From a virus, in IMG/VR virus record IMGVR_UViG_3300029288_006769, positions 250,367 through 314,366 of that record: 64,000 nt of DNA; one strand, written 5' to 3'. This document shows positions 48,687 to 58,507 of this stretch, piece after piece (position 1 is the first letter of the stretch; every line of letters starts with the position of its first letter). The notes beneath the pieces are model-generated. The model was not told the origin of the DNA. It worked only from the letters and a program-made list of their open reading frames with translations, and made no database searches. Position numbers and translations under genes: made by a program.

Positions 48687-49763
48687 TTATGCATAAAACT
48701 GTAAAGCATTCAATAAGCACCCTTTTGCAACTGCATTGAGTGGATCTGATGCCTTTTTTACTTGTTTAATTGAGAATGGTAATTTTTTCGTCTTTATTTC
48801 TTGCTCAAAAAGTTTATCAAAATTAACAGCTTTAGATGTTCCACCACTAACGACAACAGATATAGATTCTGGAAAATTAGGAATATCTGTCATAGAAGCA
48901 AATTTCTTTTCGATAGCATCACAAGTATAATTAATCAAATTTTCATAATAAATCTTTATTGCAGTCTCTTCTCTATTCTTTGAGTTCAATAAATCAACAC
49001 CAGCTTCTTTAAGCATAGTAATTCTTGAACTCTTAACTCCAACAGCTTGAGCAGCATTTTGATCAATCCAATCCCCTGAACGTGCAAGACAAAATTGATA
49101 TTTTTTATCAGAGACACCGTATAAAGAAAGAGCAAGATTGATTGAACCCGCACCAAATGATAAAGCTAACCCTGTAAATTGTTCTTCCTCAAGTTCTGAC
49201 CACACGATAGCAAATGCTTCATTGAGTGGCTCAGCATTATATCCAAATGATTTCAAAAATGACATAAGTACATTGCCATGATAAACATTATTGAAATCAC
49301 TGTCAATAGGATCAGCAGGAATCGAGAAATAAAGCTTCTCATTTTCTTCTATAGGGTCTCCCACAAGATTCTTCAAAATAATCTTTATAATTGACAAAGC
49401 TTCCGTTTCTCTAGAAGAAAGTACACCTTTAGAAAAGGGTCGACGTGATTCTTTGCTAAAGAAATTTGCTACATGCAAAGCTTCATCACCAAGAACATAG
49501 AGATTTCGTTTGTCAGAACTTTCAGCAAAACTGGCACCAAGTTTTGTAAGCATATTTTTTGAAATCGCATTGTTTTCTAGATCTAGAAAAGCATTTCTTT
49601 GACTCTTGAATATAATACCATTATCTGAGTAAAAAGAACTAACAGCAAAACCTGTACCACAATCTAGGCCTACACCTTTTTTTCTAGCAATTTTTGTGTC
49701 TTCCATTATTCGTCTTTTTCTTCTTTCTGGCTCTGAACCTTCTTTTTCAAGTTGGACATCCAT
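48687..49763 (-). CDS. Actin-like ATPase (ASKHA superfamily; MreB/ParM/FtsA-like, 358 aa)
   Basis: Phosphate-1 'VGLDCGTGFAVSS'. MreB-like 'VLGDEALHV...RPFSKGVLSS' (compare 'vGeeA...RPlkdGVIaD'). Phosphate-2 'LSFGAGSINLAL'. Adenosine motif 'VVVSGGTSKAVNFDKLFEQEI'. Confidence 0.75.
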   Translation of the reverse strand: MDVQLEKEGSEPERRKRRIMEDTKIARKKGVGLDCGTGFAVSSFYSDNGIIFKSQRNAFLDLENNAISKNMLTKLGASFAESSDKRNLYVLGDEALHVANFFSKESRRPFSKGVLSSRETEALSIIKIILKNLVGDPIEENEKLYFSIPADPIDSDFNNVYHGNVLMSFLKSFGYNAEPLNEAFAIVWSELEEEQFTGLALSFGAGSINLALSLYGVSDKKYQFCLARSGDWIDQNAAQAVGVKSSRITMLKEAGVDLLNSKNREETAIKIYYENLINYTCDAIEKKFASMTDIPNFPESISVVVSGGTSKAVNFDKLFEQEIKTKKLPFSIKQVKKASDPLNAVAKGCLLNALQFYA

Positions 49764-49765
49764 AA

Positions 49766-49984
49766 TTAATCTCCTTTAATTTTATATTGCTGTTGTCTAT
49801 TGAAATCGTCTTTTACATCCACAGGGTTGCCTCCGGACCATTGTTTGCCACGATTTTTTAGACCAGCAGGTATTTCTCCTTTATCGAAAAAACCTTGTTC
49901 TAATAAAGCTCGTGATACATCACCTTTTTGTGATAATGAACGTGATGCAGCAAGAACATCTCTTATGATATTTTCAGTATTCAT
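49766..49984 (-). CDS. Small protein (72 aa) immediately upstream of the actin-like gene
   Basis: ATGA-type coupling with the neighbours. No motif recognised. Confidence 0.45.
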   Translation of the reverse strand: MNTENIIRDVLAASRSLSQKGDVSRALLEQGFFDKGEIPAGLKNRGKQWSGGNPVDVKDDFNRQQQYKIKGD

Positions 49985-50634
49985 TTGTTTTCTCTTTGTT
50001 GTTTAATCCGCTTCATCTTTTCAAGCGAATTTGTAAGATCATTTTTTTGAACTTCTACATTACCTGTTTTACTCATATTCGCTGTCATTCCCACTTCTTC
50101 GTCTTTGAATTCGACAAAGATATTATCTGAACTATTAATATCTATCCTTTTTTCAGATACTTGTGGTACAATTAGTTGTTCTACTTTAATATTGTCTTTT
50201 ATTTCGGCAACCATTTCCTTCGCAAGTTCTCTAGCAATATCTTTTACGATAGTGCTGTTTTTTATCATTTCTTCAGCCATTGCTTTAGCCATATTTTTTG
50301 CAATTTCTAACACATCTGACTCTAGCACTTTTTCATTTCCTGTTTTATTATTTTGAGCTGATATAGCTCTCTTAAGCATGGCTCTATCATACACGATCTC
50401 GACCCAATTTCGATTTATTGCATTTTGCAAATCTTTTGAACGATTAACTTCATATTCATTAAGAATTACTTCTTTACCACATTCAACGACTTTACCAATA
50501 TCATTAAGTCGAACAGCAGTAAGTATTTTCCCTTTAATTATCATGATGATCTCGGGTTCCCGTTTTATAACTGGTTTCCATATATGTCTCATTAAATGTT
50601 GCTGAAAGCTCATGAACCATCTTTTCAAACACAT
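49981..50634 (-). CDS. Hypothetical coiled-coil protein (217 aa)
   Basis: Operon context. K/E-rich helical C-terminus. Confidence 0.5.
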   Translation of the reverse strand: MCLKRWFMSFQQHLMRHIWKPVIKREPEIIMIIKGKILTAVRLNDIGKVVECGKEVILNEYEVNRSKDLQNAINRNWVEIVYDRAMLKRAISAQNNKTGNEKVLESDVLEIAKNMAKAMAEEMIKNSTIVKDIARELAKEMVAEIKDNIKVEQLIVPQVSEKRIDINSSDNIFVEFKDEEVGMTANMSKTGNVEVQKNDLTNSLEKMKRIKQQRENK

Positions 50635-50646
50635 GTTCTAGCACTT

Positions 50647-51009
50647 TTAGATTAGTTTGCTTATCGAATCTTGAATCTTTTTCCCAGCTTGTTCTTGTGT
50701 TCTCTCCATAGCTTTCTCTATTCCTGTTGTAGAGAACTGTTGAGCTGTAATTTCTTCATTCAACAATTCTACAGGAATATTTTCAAGACCTTTGAGAACT
50801 TGCTTATTTGCAATATCTTCAGTTTTTAAATTTTCTATTTTAGGTTCTACAACAAAATTGATAGTATTATTTTTAATACTATAAGACACATCAGCTTCTT
50901 GCCCTCGTTTCTTTAACTCTGATCTTATATTGTCTGCGCCCTTGATTGCAATAGAGCGTATTTTAAAATCAAATTTCTTTTTTAAGAGTTTTTTGCTCGG
51001 GCTTAACAT
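50647..51009 (-). CDS. Hypothetical protein (120 aa)
   Basis: Operon context. Confidence 0.5.
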   Translation of the reverse strand: MLSPSKKLLKKKFDFKIRSIAIKGADNIRSELKKRGQEADVSYSIKNNTINFVVEPKIENLKTEDIANKQVLKGLENIPVELLNEEITAQQFSTTGIEKAMERTQEQAGKKIQDSISKLI

Positions 51010-51016
51010 TTACTTC

Positions 51017-54000
51017 TTATTTTATAAATTTTTTAGAAAACTGCCTTGTTTCAAGCAATTTATTTACAATAGATAGATTAGATTTTGCTATATCAAAATT
51101 TGGATTAACAGATAATGCGCTCTTAAACATAAAAATAGCTTTTTGAAAACTATTTTTATTTGCAAGATCTATACCTTTGTCATTGTAAGCAACTTCTAAT
51201 AAACCCCAAGACTTTGTTTCTTCTGTATTTATTCTCAAGCATTTTTCTAAAATACTAATAGCTTCATCGTTTTTTTTGAGAACATTACAACAATGACTAA
51301 AATCGGCCATAGTTTTTAAATCATCAGTCTTATAAACAATCTTTCTAAAAGCAAAATATGCATCTTCAATACGATTTTGTTTTGCATAGCAGATACCAAG
51401 ATGTTTAACAGCATACTCTGTTTCTTTTATCTTTATAGATTCTAAAAAATATTTTTCAGCTTGTTCATAATCTTCTATGAGATTATAGGTTGTTCCCAAA
51501 TGCGCAAGAACATCTTCATTCTCAGGTTCAAGTTCTAATAATCTGCGCCAAGTCACTAGAGCTTCATCGGGATTATTCAAAACTAAATATTGGGTCCCAA
51601 GTTCAAAAAGAGCTTTCGTGTCATTAAATGTTTCAGCCTTTTTCTTGCTAAGTTTTAAATATGTTTCGTTTTTTGAAGAATTAAGCTTTGAATAATGGTG
51701 AATTGGAATAGCAGACATTTCGATATCAATTCCGAGTTCTTCAATAGATTTTTCTACCAATTCATGTATTTCACCCCTAAACTTTATATTTTTATTCGTA
51801 GGAAATAAACGAATTTTATCTGATCTACACCAACCTATGTAACCTTTTTCTTCTTGCTCATATTCTCCGGTATTTGTATTGATTCCTTCAACATTTTTTG
51901 AATTCACATAATTTCTCGTAATGAATCCATAAGCTTTAGATGATGCTTGTAAATTTTTTCTCAATTCATCAATATCTTTCTCACTAATCATTTCGTCAGC
52001 ATCCAAAACTAATGTCCAGGGTTGTGTTGCTTTTTCAAGTGAAAAATTTCGAGCAGCTGAAAAATCATCAATCCATGCAAAATGATAAATCTTAGCTCCG
52101 TATTGTTTTGCAATTTTTATTGTGTTGTCTGTAGATCCTGTATCAACTATTATAATCTCATTTGCTACATTTTTTATAGACTCTAAACACCTTCCCAGGC
52201 AATCTTGTTCATTTTTGACAATCATACAAACAGAAAGTTGCTCTTTTCCCTGGCACAAATAGTTTGAATAGAGCCTATGTAGAACGGTCTCTAGTTTGTC
52301 AATGCTTTTATACCATAGGAATTCATTAGCAGTTTTTAAACCTTCTTCTATTAAACGAGAATAAATAGTCTCATTTAAAAAAAGCAATTTTAAAGAACTA
52401 CAAATAGCCCCAGAATTTTTAGGTGGAACAATTAATGCGTTTTGACCATGTACAGCATAATCATTCACTCCTCCGCAATCTGTAGTTATGACAGGGGTTC
52501 CACTTGCCATTGCTTCTAATGGAGGAAGACTGAACCCTTCGACTTCAAATGGTGCATTTACAACTACATCACAAGAAGCGTATACATTTGCAATTTCAAT
52601 CTGCGTCATATTCGACATATTATAAAATTCGTAAGGCTCATCTTTAGAACATTTTTCAGAAGCTAAACGAACTATTGCACATTTAGAAATCTTCAAATAA
52701 TTTGTTGCACCTTCTAATGCGATTTTTACTCCCTTAAACACTAAATTATAATTGCCCACAATAAGAATTCTTGGGAGTTTATTTCTTTCATGTTTTCTCA
52801 AAGAAAAAACATACTGATCAATTCCATTAGGTATGTAATGTGATTCTGTTTCAAATTTTTTATCAATAATAGATTTCAAATATTTAGAAATAACAATTTT
52901 CTCTTTTATCTTCAAATAATTGTTATTCACAGCATCAACTATTGTTGCGTCCAAATCTTTATCATATATCAAAGCTTCATAACCTTGACAAAAATGAATC
53001 TTTATTTTTGCTTTAATTTTTTGTAATATGTCTAATGTAGAAAAATAAGTACCAATTGCTATATCTACTTCTGGAATTTCTGTATATTCTTTAAAACAAG
53101 AAACTGATACGTCTAAATCAAACCAGGGCTTTGATGTATTAGAATAACACCAGATAGATACATCATATCCTCTTGATTTTAAACGATTTGCATACTCAAA
53201 TACGACTTTGACTCCGCCACTGGGTTGATTTGAAGCTAAAATGTATATGATGGAAAATTTATCTTTTTTCTCATTTATTTTCTGTATTCTTGAAGAATCA
53301 TACCATTTTTGAAGATACAGTTTTTTGCTTTGTTCTAAAGTTTCTTCGAAAAAACCTTCTTTTTCTTGAAAAGATTTACTACCAAAATGGTAAATAAAAA
53401 CGCCTTTAGAACATATTAATTTATAACCATTCTCTATGAAACGATTACAAAGATCATCATCTTCAAAATTGAAAATAAATCTATCATCAAAAAAACCTAC
53501 CTGATTTAAGAGCTCTCTTTTTGTTACAAAACAAAATCCGATAAGTTTATTTGCTTCTACTACATCATCTCCAAAATTTGCATATTGTTTTTGAGAAAAC
53601 AGACGAATTTCGTTATCATTTACCTCAGCTTTAAAATTATAATTTTGTCCAACTTTTTGAATTTCTGATGATGTATAATTAGTGACTGGCCCAATAATAC
53701 CTGCATTATTTTCTTCAAGCAAATTTATTAATCTTAACAACCAATTTGATGTAACAACAGTATCGCTGTTCAAAAAACAGACATATTTAGAATTTGATTT
53801 TCTAAGAGCTTGATTATTTGCATAACCGAACCCAAAATTTTTAGAATTGTATATTATTTCAATATTTTTTAAAGACATTAAATACATTTTTGTAGCATTA
53901 TCGGAGCAATTATCTACTATGATAAGTCTATAATTTGCTGTATTTCTTATTATGCTTTCAACACATTTTTGCAAGTAAGGAAGAGCATTATGTGTAATTA

Positions 54001-54838
54001 AGACAATATCACAATCATAAGTAACTTGAGCTTCATTATACTCAAGACTTAAAATTTTTGATCTTAGATAATCTAAAGCTTTTGCAGCTATTACACCATT
54101 TTGTTGTATAAGTCTTTGTCCCCATTTTTTCAAAAGCGTAGGATACGAATATTTGACGAGAACATCTCTTTTCCCTTTATATGATTGATTCGAGCGATGA
54201 TAAACATAAACATCATCAGCTATTGCAAGTTTATAACCTCTTTGTCTTATTTTCAAGACATAATCGTCTTCACTACCATAATGTGGAAAAACTCTTGTAT
54301 CTAATAAACCTATGACTTTTATAATGTTATATGAAATAAAAAAACAAAATCCATTTACGAAAGCTGTTTCTGGGTATCTTCTTTCTGATAACGATGTCAC
54401 CCAATTGCCATAAGTATCTATTTCTGTATCATTGACACAAGATTTACCTACAGATTGTGTTGTTGCACAATTTGACAAAACACCCATACAACCAATCTGT
54501 TTATGACTTGCCCAATAAGTCGTAATCTTTTCTAACCAATTTTGTGTAACAATTTGAGTATCAGAATTTAACAAACATACATATTCGAAATTCTTGCTTT
54601 CTAAAATCCCTTGATTACAACTCTCTGTGAATCCCTTTGAAACAGGATTTTTAATGTATTTTTGTACTATTTTGCTATCAAAAAGTAACTGACAAAAATT
54701 AGAAGTTTCAAGATCAGAACCATCGTTAATTAAGACTATTTGAAAATCTTTGGTGTTAGACTTTTCGAGAATTGTTTTGACACATTTTTCAAGCAATTCC
54801 CACTGATTGTGTACTGGTATGATGATTGAGACAGCCAT
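51017..54838 (-). CDS. Multidomain glycosyltransferase (1273 aa): GT2 - GT2 - GT4 - GT2 followed by C-terminal TPR repeats
   Basis: GT2 #1 'SIIIPVHN...IVLINDGSD...GSEDDYVLKIRQRGYKL'. GT2 #2 'DIVLITHN...LIIVDNCSDNA...NFEDDDLCNRFIENGYKL'. GT4 'EGFSLPPLEAMASGTPVITTDCGG'. GT2 #3 'LSVCMIVKNEQDCLGRCLESI...EIIIVDTGSTDNT...DDFSAARN...LVLDADE'. The tail region matches the TPR 34-mer pattern. Confidence 0.85.
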   Translation of the reverse strand: MAVSIIIPVHNQWELLEKCVKTILEKSNTKDFQIVLINDGSDLETSNFCQLLFDSKIVQKYIKNPVSKGFTESCNQGILESKNFEYVCLLNSDTQIVTQNWLEKITTYWASHKQIGCMGVLSNCATTQSVGKSCVNDTEIDTYGNWVTSLSERRYPETAFVNGFCFFISYNIIKVIGLLDTRVFPHYGSEDDYVLKIRQRGYKLAIADDVYVYHRSNQSYKGKRDVLVKYSYPTLLKKWGQRLIQQNGVIAAKALDYLRSKILSLEYNEAQVTYDCDIVLITHNALPYLQKCVESIIRNTANYRLIIVDNCSDNATKMYLMSLKNIEIIYNSKNFGFGYANNQALRKSNSKYVCFLNSDTVVTSNWLLRLINLLEENNAGIIGPVTNYTSSEIQKVGQNYNFKAEVNDNEIRLFSQKQYANFGDDVVEANKLIGFCFVTKRELLNQVGFFDDRFIFNFEDDDLCNRFIENGYKLICSKGVFIYHFGSKSFQEKEGFFEETLEQSKKLYLQKWYDSSRIQKINEKKDKFSIIYILASNQPSGGVKVVFEYANRLKSRGYDVSIWCYSNTSKPWFDLDVSVSCFKEYTEIPEVDIAIGTYFSTLDILQKIKAKIKIHFCQGYEALIYDKDLDATIVDAVNNNYLKIKEKIVISKYLKSIIDKKFETESHYIPNGIDQYVFSLRKHERNKLPRILIVGNYNLVFKGVKIALEGATNYLKISKCAIVRLASEKCSKDEPYEFYNMSNMTQIEIANVYASCDVVVNAPFEVEGFSLPPLEAMASGTPVITTDCGGVNDYAVHGQNALIVPPKNSGAICSSLKLLFLNETIYSRLIEEGLKTANEFLWYKSIDKLETVLHRLYSNYLCQGKEQLSVCMIVKNEQDCLGRCLESIKNVANEIIIVDTGSTDNTIKIAKQYGAKIYHFAWIDDFSAARNFSLEKATQPWTLVLDADEMISEKDIDELRKNLQASSKAYGFITRNYVNSKNVEGINTNTGEYEQEEKGYIGWCRSDKIRLFPTNKNIKFRGEIHELVEKSIEELGIDIEMSAIPIHHYSKLNSSKNETYLKLSKKKAETFNDTKALFELGTQYLVLNNPDEALVTWRRLLELEPENEDVLAHLGTTYNLIEDYEQAEKYFLESIKIKETEYAVKHLGICYAKQNRIEDAYFAFRKIVYKTDDLKTMADFSHCCNVLKKNDEAISILEKCLRINTEETKSWGLLEVAYNDKGIDLANKNSFQKAIFMFKSALSVNPNFDIAKSNLSIVNKLLETRQFSKKFIK

Positions 54839-54845
54839 GATGTGT

Positions 54846-55907
54846 TTAAAAAAGCCTTTCTATATTTTCAATTGTTTTTTCCCAAGTGTAATTTGAAATC
54901 ACCTCTTCTATATTTCTTTGAAACATAGTTGCAAACTCTGTATTATTTAAAAGCTCTTTAGATTTTCTTAAAATATCTTGTTTATTTTTCTTTTCAGCTA
55001 TAAGACAAGTTTTTTTATCAAAAAAAACATCATCAAAAGCTCCATCACAAATGACAGAAGGGCATCCACATAATGTCGATTCTATAGGGGTTAAATTAAG
55101 ACCCTCGGAAATCGATGGCATAATAAAAATAGAACACTTATTAAAAATTTCTCTTATTGTATCTTTATTTGCATCTACATATTTGGCTATAAGTTTTTCA
55201 GGATGTTTTGCGTTTTCAAACCCCGAACTTGTACCAAAAACTATTGTTCCATCAATTAAACCTTGGTTGCACAAATCATTACAGATTTCAACACCAAGTG
55301 CATATTGTTTATCTGGAGCATAATGATACAGTAATGAAGCATATCTTTGTCTTTTAATCGCCTTATCTCTGAAAAAATAATTTTGCGAATCCGATCCAAA
55401 ACCTACACAAGCACATTTTCCTCCTTCTGCTTCTATAGCTTTTTTGATTTTTAAAGTGCTTGACATGACAGTTAATTTCGGGTTGAATACATTTTTTCTT
55501 TCTCTTTCGAAACACATACCATAACTTAGCATATAAATCAAAACTTTTTTGACTTGAGGAAGATTTGTAAGATACTCTGTGTAAGGATTGTCTGAATATG
55601 TGATCACTACATCAGATGCAGGAAATGTTTGGTCAGGTAATCCCACTGTGTATGGAAGAGGCAACACTTTCGAGTAGTCTAAATTAGGATTTAAAGTTTG
55701 AATCCTAAGTTGCACTTGATATTTTTTTTTTAATCCCCTTGACAATGCCATTGACAACTGTTTCATATGTTGAATCCCTCCACTTGTTTCCACATATTTA
55801 GGGATTTCAACGACAAACAGATTGCTAAATTTTCTAGCTAAAGTTGTCTGCCGCATTATGCCACCGCTCTCATTATTGAACACAGGAAGTTCTACTACAA
55901 TCGTCAT
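54846..55907 (-). CDS. GT4-family (GT-B, retaining-type) glycosyltransferase (353 aa)
   Basis: 'MPSISEGLNLTPIESTLCGCPSVICD' (E-x7-E motif). Confidence 0.7.
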   Translation of the reverse strand: MTIVVELPVFNNESGGIMRQTTLARKFSNLFVVEIPKYVETSGGIQHMKQLSMALSRGLKKKYQVQLRIQTLNPNLDYSKVLPLPYTVGLPDQTFPASDVVITYSDNPYTEYLTNLPQVKKVLIYMLSYGMCFERERKNVFNPKLTVMSSTLKIKKAIEAEGGKCACVGFGSDSQNYFFRDKAIKRQRYASLLYHYAPDKQYALGVEICNDLCNQGLIDGTIVFGTSSGFENAKHPEKLIAKYVDANKDTIREIFNKCSIFIMPSISEGLNLTPIESTLCGCPSVICDGAFDDVFFDKKTCLIAEKKNKQDILRKSKELLNNTEFATMFQRNIEEVISNYTWEKTIENIERLF

Positions 55908-56467
55908 TCTTTTTTCCTACAAGTTATTGCAACATTTTCAAAATCTAAAAAATCTTTTTTTAAATTATTTTCTAAACAAGTTGCATCTATATCCTTGTCG
56001 GTTATTTCAATCCAATTCCAGATTTTTCCTATCATGACATTTTCAAAATACTCCATATCCTTTGCATAATCATGTGCCAAAATATAATCGCCTGGTTTTA
56101 AAAATTTTGAAAAAATGCTAAATTCTTTAATTTTGTTTCCACCATCACAAAAAACAACACTTGTTCCTTCATTCTTTATCAAGTTTTGGATTACATCAAT
56201 ACTCTCAAAAACATCAGCAATTCTATGATCAATATTTAAACGTACAAACAGTTTATTGTTTTCAGTTAGTTTTTTAATGTCAAATGTAACAAACTGACAA
56301 TCATAAGCAATTGCATACATTTGAAACAATATAGAAAGGCCTCCATAATATGTTCCAATTTCTATGATAGTCTTTGGCTTTACAGCAAGTAAAAATTCAT
56401 TTAGAACTTTTGGAATATTTTCATTCTGTGCAAGATTAAAGCCTAAAAATTCGAAACTCACATTCAT
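55904..56467 (-). CDS. SAM-dependent O-methyltransferase (TylF/MycF/CmcI-like class I MTase, 187 aa)
   Basis: 'TIIEIGTYYGGLSILF' (motif I) ... 'VVFCDGGNKIKEF'. Confidence 0.6.
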   Translation of the reverse strand: MNVSFEFLGFNLAQNENIPKVLNEFLLAVKPKTIIEIGTYYGGLSILFQMYAIAYDCQFVTFDIKKLTENNKLFVRLNIDHRIADVFESIDVIQNLIKNEGTSVVFCDGGNKIKEFSIFSKFLKPGDYILAHDYAKDMEYFENVMIGKIWNWIEITDKDIDATCLENNLKKDFLDFENVAITCRKKE

Positions 56468-56510
56468 AGCTACTCCTTGTCAAAGCAATCAAAGCAATGT
56501 TCGAATTAAA

Positions 56511-57068
56511 TTAATCTTTTCTCAAAACCCAACAATTTCCTCTAACAATATATTTTTTATTTAATTTTTCACAAAATTCATCAATCGCTTGTTTTACAGG
56601 AGGGTGTGAAAAATCATGCCCTGCCATAGTTCCACCTACACAAATCTTAGGCCACCAACAATTTAGATCTCTTCTAACGGCATCCAAACTATGATCGGCA
56701 TCAATAAAAACAAAATCTATTGTATTGTCTAAGAAATAACTTGCTCCTAAATGACTGAGTGATTTTATAACAATTAGATCTTTCCAAATTGGTTCTAGAT
56801 TTTTTCGAAATAAATCTAATTGTGGATATGTAGTGATTTCATTACCATTATGAGCATTCCCTATGAAAGCATCAATGCTTATTACAGTTAGATTTTTTTG
56901 CGAATTTATAGCTTCAACAGCTAAAAATGCTATACTTTGGCCTATCCATGAACCTACTTCTATAAGAATGCCATTTTGTCTGCTCTGTTTTATTGCATCT
57001 TCATAAACATCTTGGAAATTAAACATAGTTTGTTGAGGAGAACAAATTGTTTCATAAAAATGTTTCAT
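56511..57068 (-). CDS. Class I SAM-dependent methyltransferase (sugar O-MTase-like, 185 aa)
   Basis: 'ILIEVGSWIGQSIAFLA' ... 'FVFIDADHSLDAVRRDL'. Confidence 0.7.
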   Translation of the reverse strand: MKHFYETICSPQQTMFNFQDVYEDAIKQSRQNGILIEVGSWIGQSIAFLAVEAINSQKNLTVISIDAFIGNAHNGNEITTYPQLDLFRKNLEPIWKDLIVIKSLSHLGASYFLDNTIDFVFIDADHSLDAVRRDLNCWWPKICVGGTMAGHDFSHPPVKQAIDEFCEKLNKKYIVRGNCWVLRKD

Positions 57069-57075
57069 ACTTGTT

Positions 57076-57852
57076 TCACACCTTGTAAGTTGTTTTTATT
57101 GTTGTTGGACTACAATTAGGTCCTCGAGTGTCTTTACCAGCAAAAACATCAAATACAGAACCAATGTCTACTGCTACACCACCTTGATTTTTCCAAAACA
57201 GACCATATATTTTTCCGACAAAACCTGAGCCATATAATAACAACTTTCCCTTTAGATCTCCCAAATTTTTTATAATTTGTTGTATTTCAAGAAATCTATC
57301 AGGATAATGTTTACTTCTATATCTTTTTTCTTCAAACATCATTTCCGGAGGTACTGGAATAAATTGTACATTAGTTATATTGAATCTCTTTGAAAATTGT
57401 CGAGCTAAATCTCTACAACTTATAATGTATAAATCTTGTCTATTTAAAAGCAATTTATCATAACAAGATTCTCTTGATTCCCAATTTCTCAAAAATTCAT
57501 AATGAAAATCTATCGACCCAAAATCTGTAGTTTTAATATTGCAATAAATTTTTAGAATATTTAAACTTTCGGTCCAGCAACTTCCAAGACTAAGATGATA
57601 TTCTGTAGGAATTCCTAACAAATCGGCATTGTTTATAGTCTCAATTAAATTTTTTCTTATTTCTTCTATAGATTCTTTTTTTAGAATCTCATTTAATTGT
57701 CTACTAAAAATATGTTCAACAATATTTTTTTCATTGTTCTTTAAAAGTATTGCTTCACCATCACCATATCTTAATGCTAGAAATGATCTATTTTCATTTA
57801 AGCTAGTTATTATTTTTAAAAATACTTGATTGAAATCATTATTGATATTCAT
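57076..57852 (-). CDS. Possible GT-D (DUF1792-like) glycosyltransferase (258 aa)
   Basis: 'LALRYGDGE' near the N-terminus resembles the R-x-GDGE motif I recall from DUF1792/GT-D enzymes. Embedded among GT and MTase genes. Low certainty. Confidence 0.4.
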   Translation of the reverse strand: MNINNDFNQVFLKIITSLNENRSFLALRYGDGEAILLKNNEKNIVEHIFSRQLNEILKKESIEEIRKNLIETINNADLLGIPTEYHLSLGSCWTESLNILKIYCNIKTTDFGSIDFHYEFLRNWESRESCYDKLLLNRQDLYIISCRDLARQFSKRFNITNVQFIPVPPEMMFEEKRYRSKHYPDRFLEIQQIIKNLGDLKGKLLLYGSGFVGKIYGLFWKNQGGVAVDIGSVFDVFAGKDTRGPNCSPTTIKTTYKV

Positions 57853-58507
57853 ATCTCGACAATTCTTGAAAATTCTGACAATTTACATTAATAAGACAAT
57901 ATGTTTCTCTATATACATCTTTAAATTGAATTAATTCTTTTGCTCCCAATTTTTCACTATAAACAATAGTATCTACAGGTGAACAAATCGGAACTATTTC
58001 ATTAGAACTTGAATCATTTATTTTATATAAGCTCCCTATCTTTGCTTCAAATTTTAATTCTTCAGTAATTTTTTTTAACATTTCCGTTGTTACATTTGTA
58101 GGATGTCCTATCCAATCTGTCCATGTCAACTTAAACCCTAAAGAAGCAAGGTATTTAATTTTATCGAAACATGGGACTTTAATAAAGATGAATTCTGTAG
58201 CAGCTTTAACAGATTTTTCTAATACGTTTTTAACTTGTGCTTCATTTTTTAAATGTTCAAGAAAATGAAGCATTGTTATAAATCTACATTTAGGAATTTC
58301 ACAACTTACATCAGTAATATCAGCAAAAACTACATTATAACCTTTTTCTCTTGCTCTTTCAAGTTCGCTTTTCCTATTGTCAATACCTAAAAATGTTTCT
58401 CCACCAAATCTAGATTTTGCCCATCCTATAGACCCACCCACACCACAACCCAAATCGACACAATCTAGCATTATATTTCCTTTAGCAAAAATTAAACAAA
58501 TTTTCAA
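57839..58507 (-). CDS. Class I SAM-dependent methyltransferase (222 aa)
   Basis: 'LDCVDLGCGVGGSIGWA' (motif I) followed by acidic motif II/III positions. Confidence 0.65.
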   Translation of the reverse strand: MKICLIFAKGNIMLDCVDLGCGVGGSIGWAKSRFGGETFLGIDNRKSELERAREKGYNVVFADITDVSCEIPKCRFITMLHFLEHLKNEAQVKNVLEKSVKAATEFIFIKVPCFDKIKYLASLGFKLTWTDWIGHPTNVTTEMLKKITEELKFEAKIGSLYKINDSSSNEIVPICSPVDTIVYSEKLGAKELIQFKDVYRETYCLINVNCQNFQELSRYEYQ

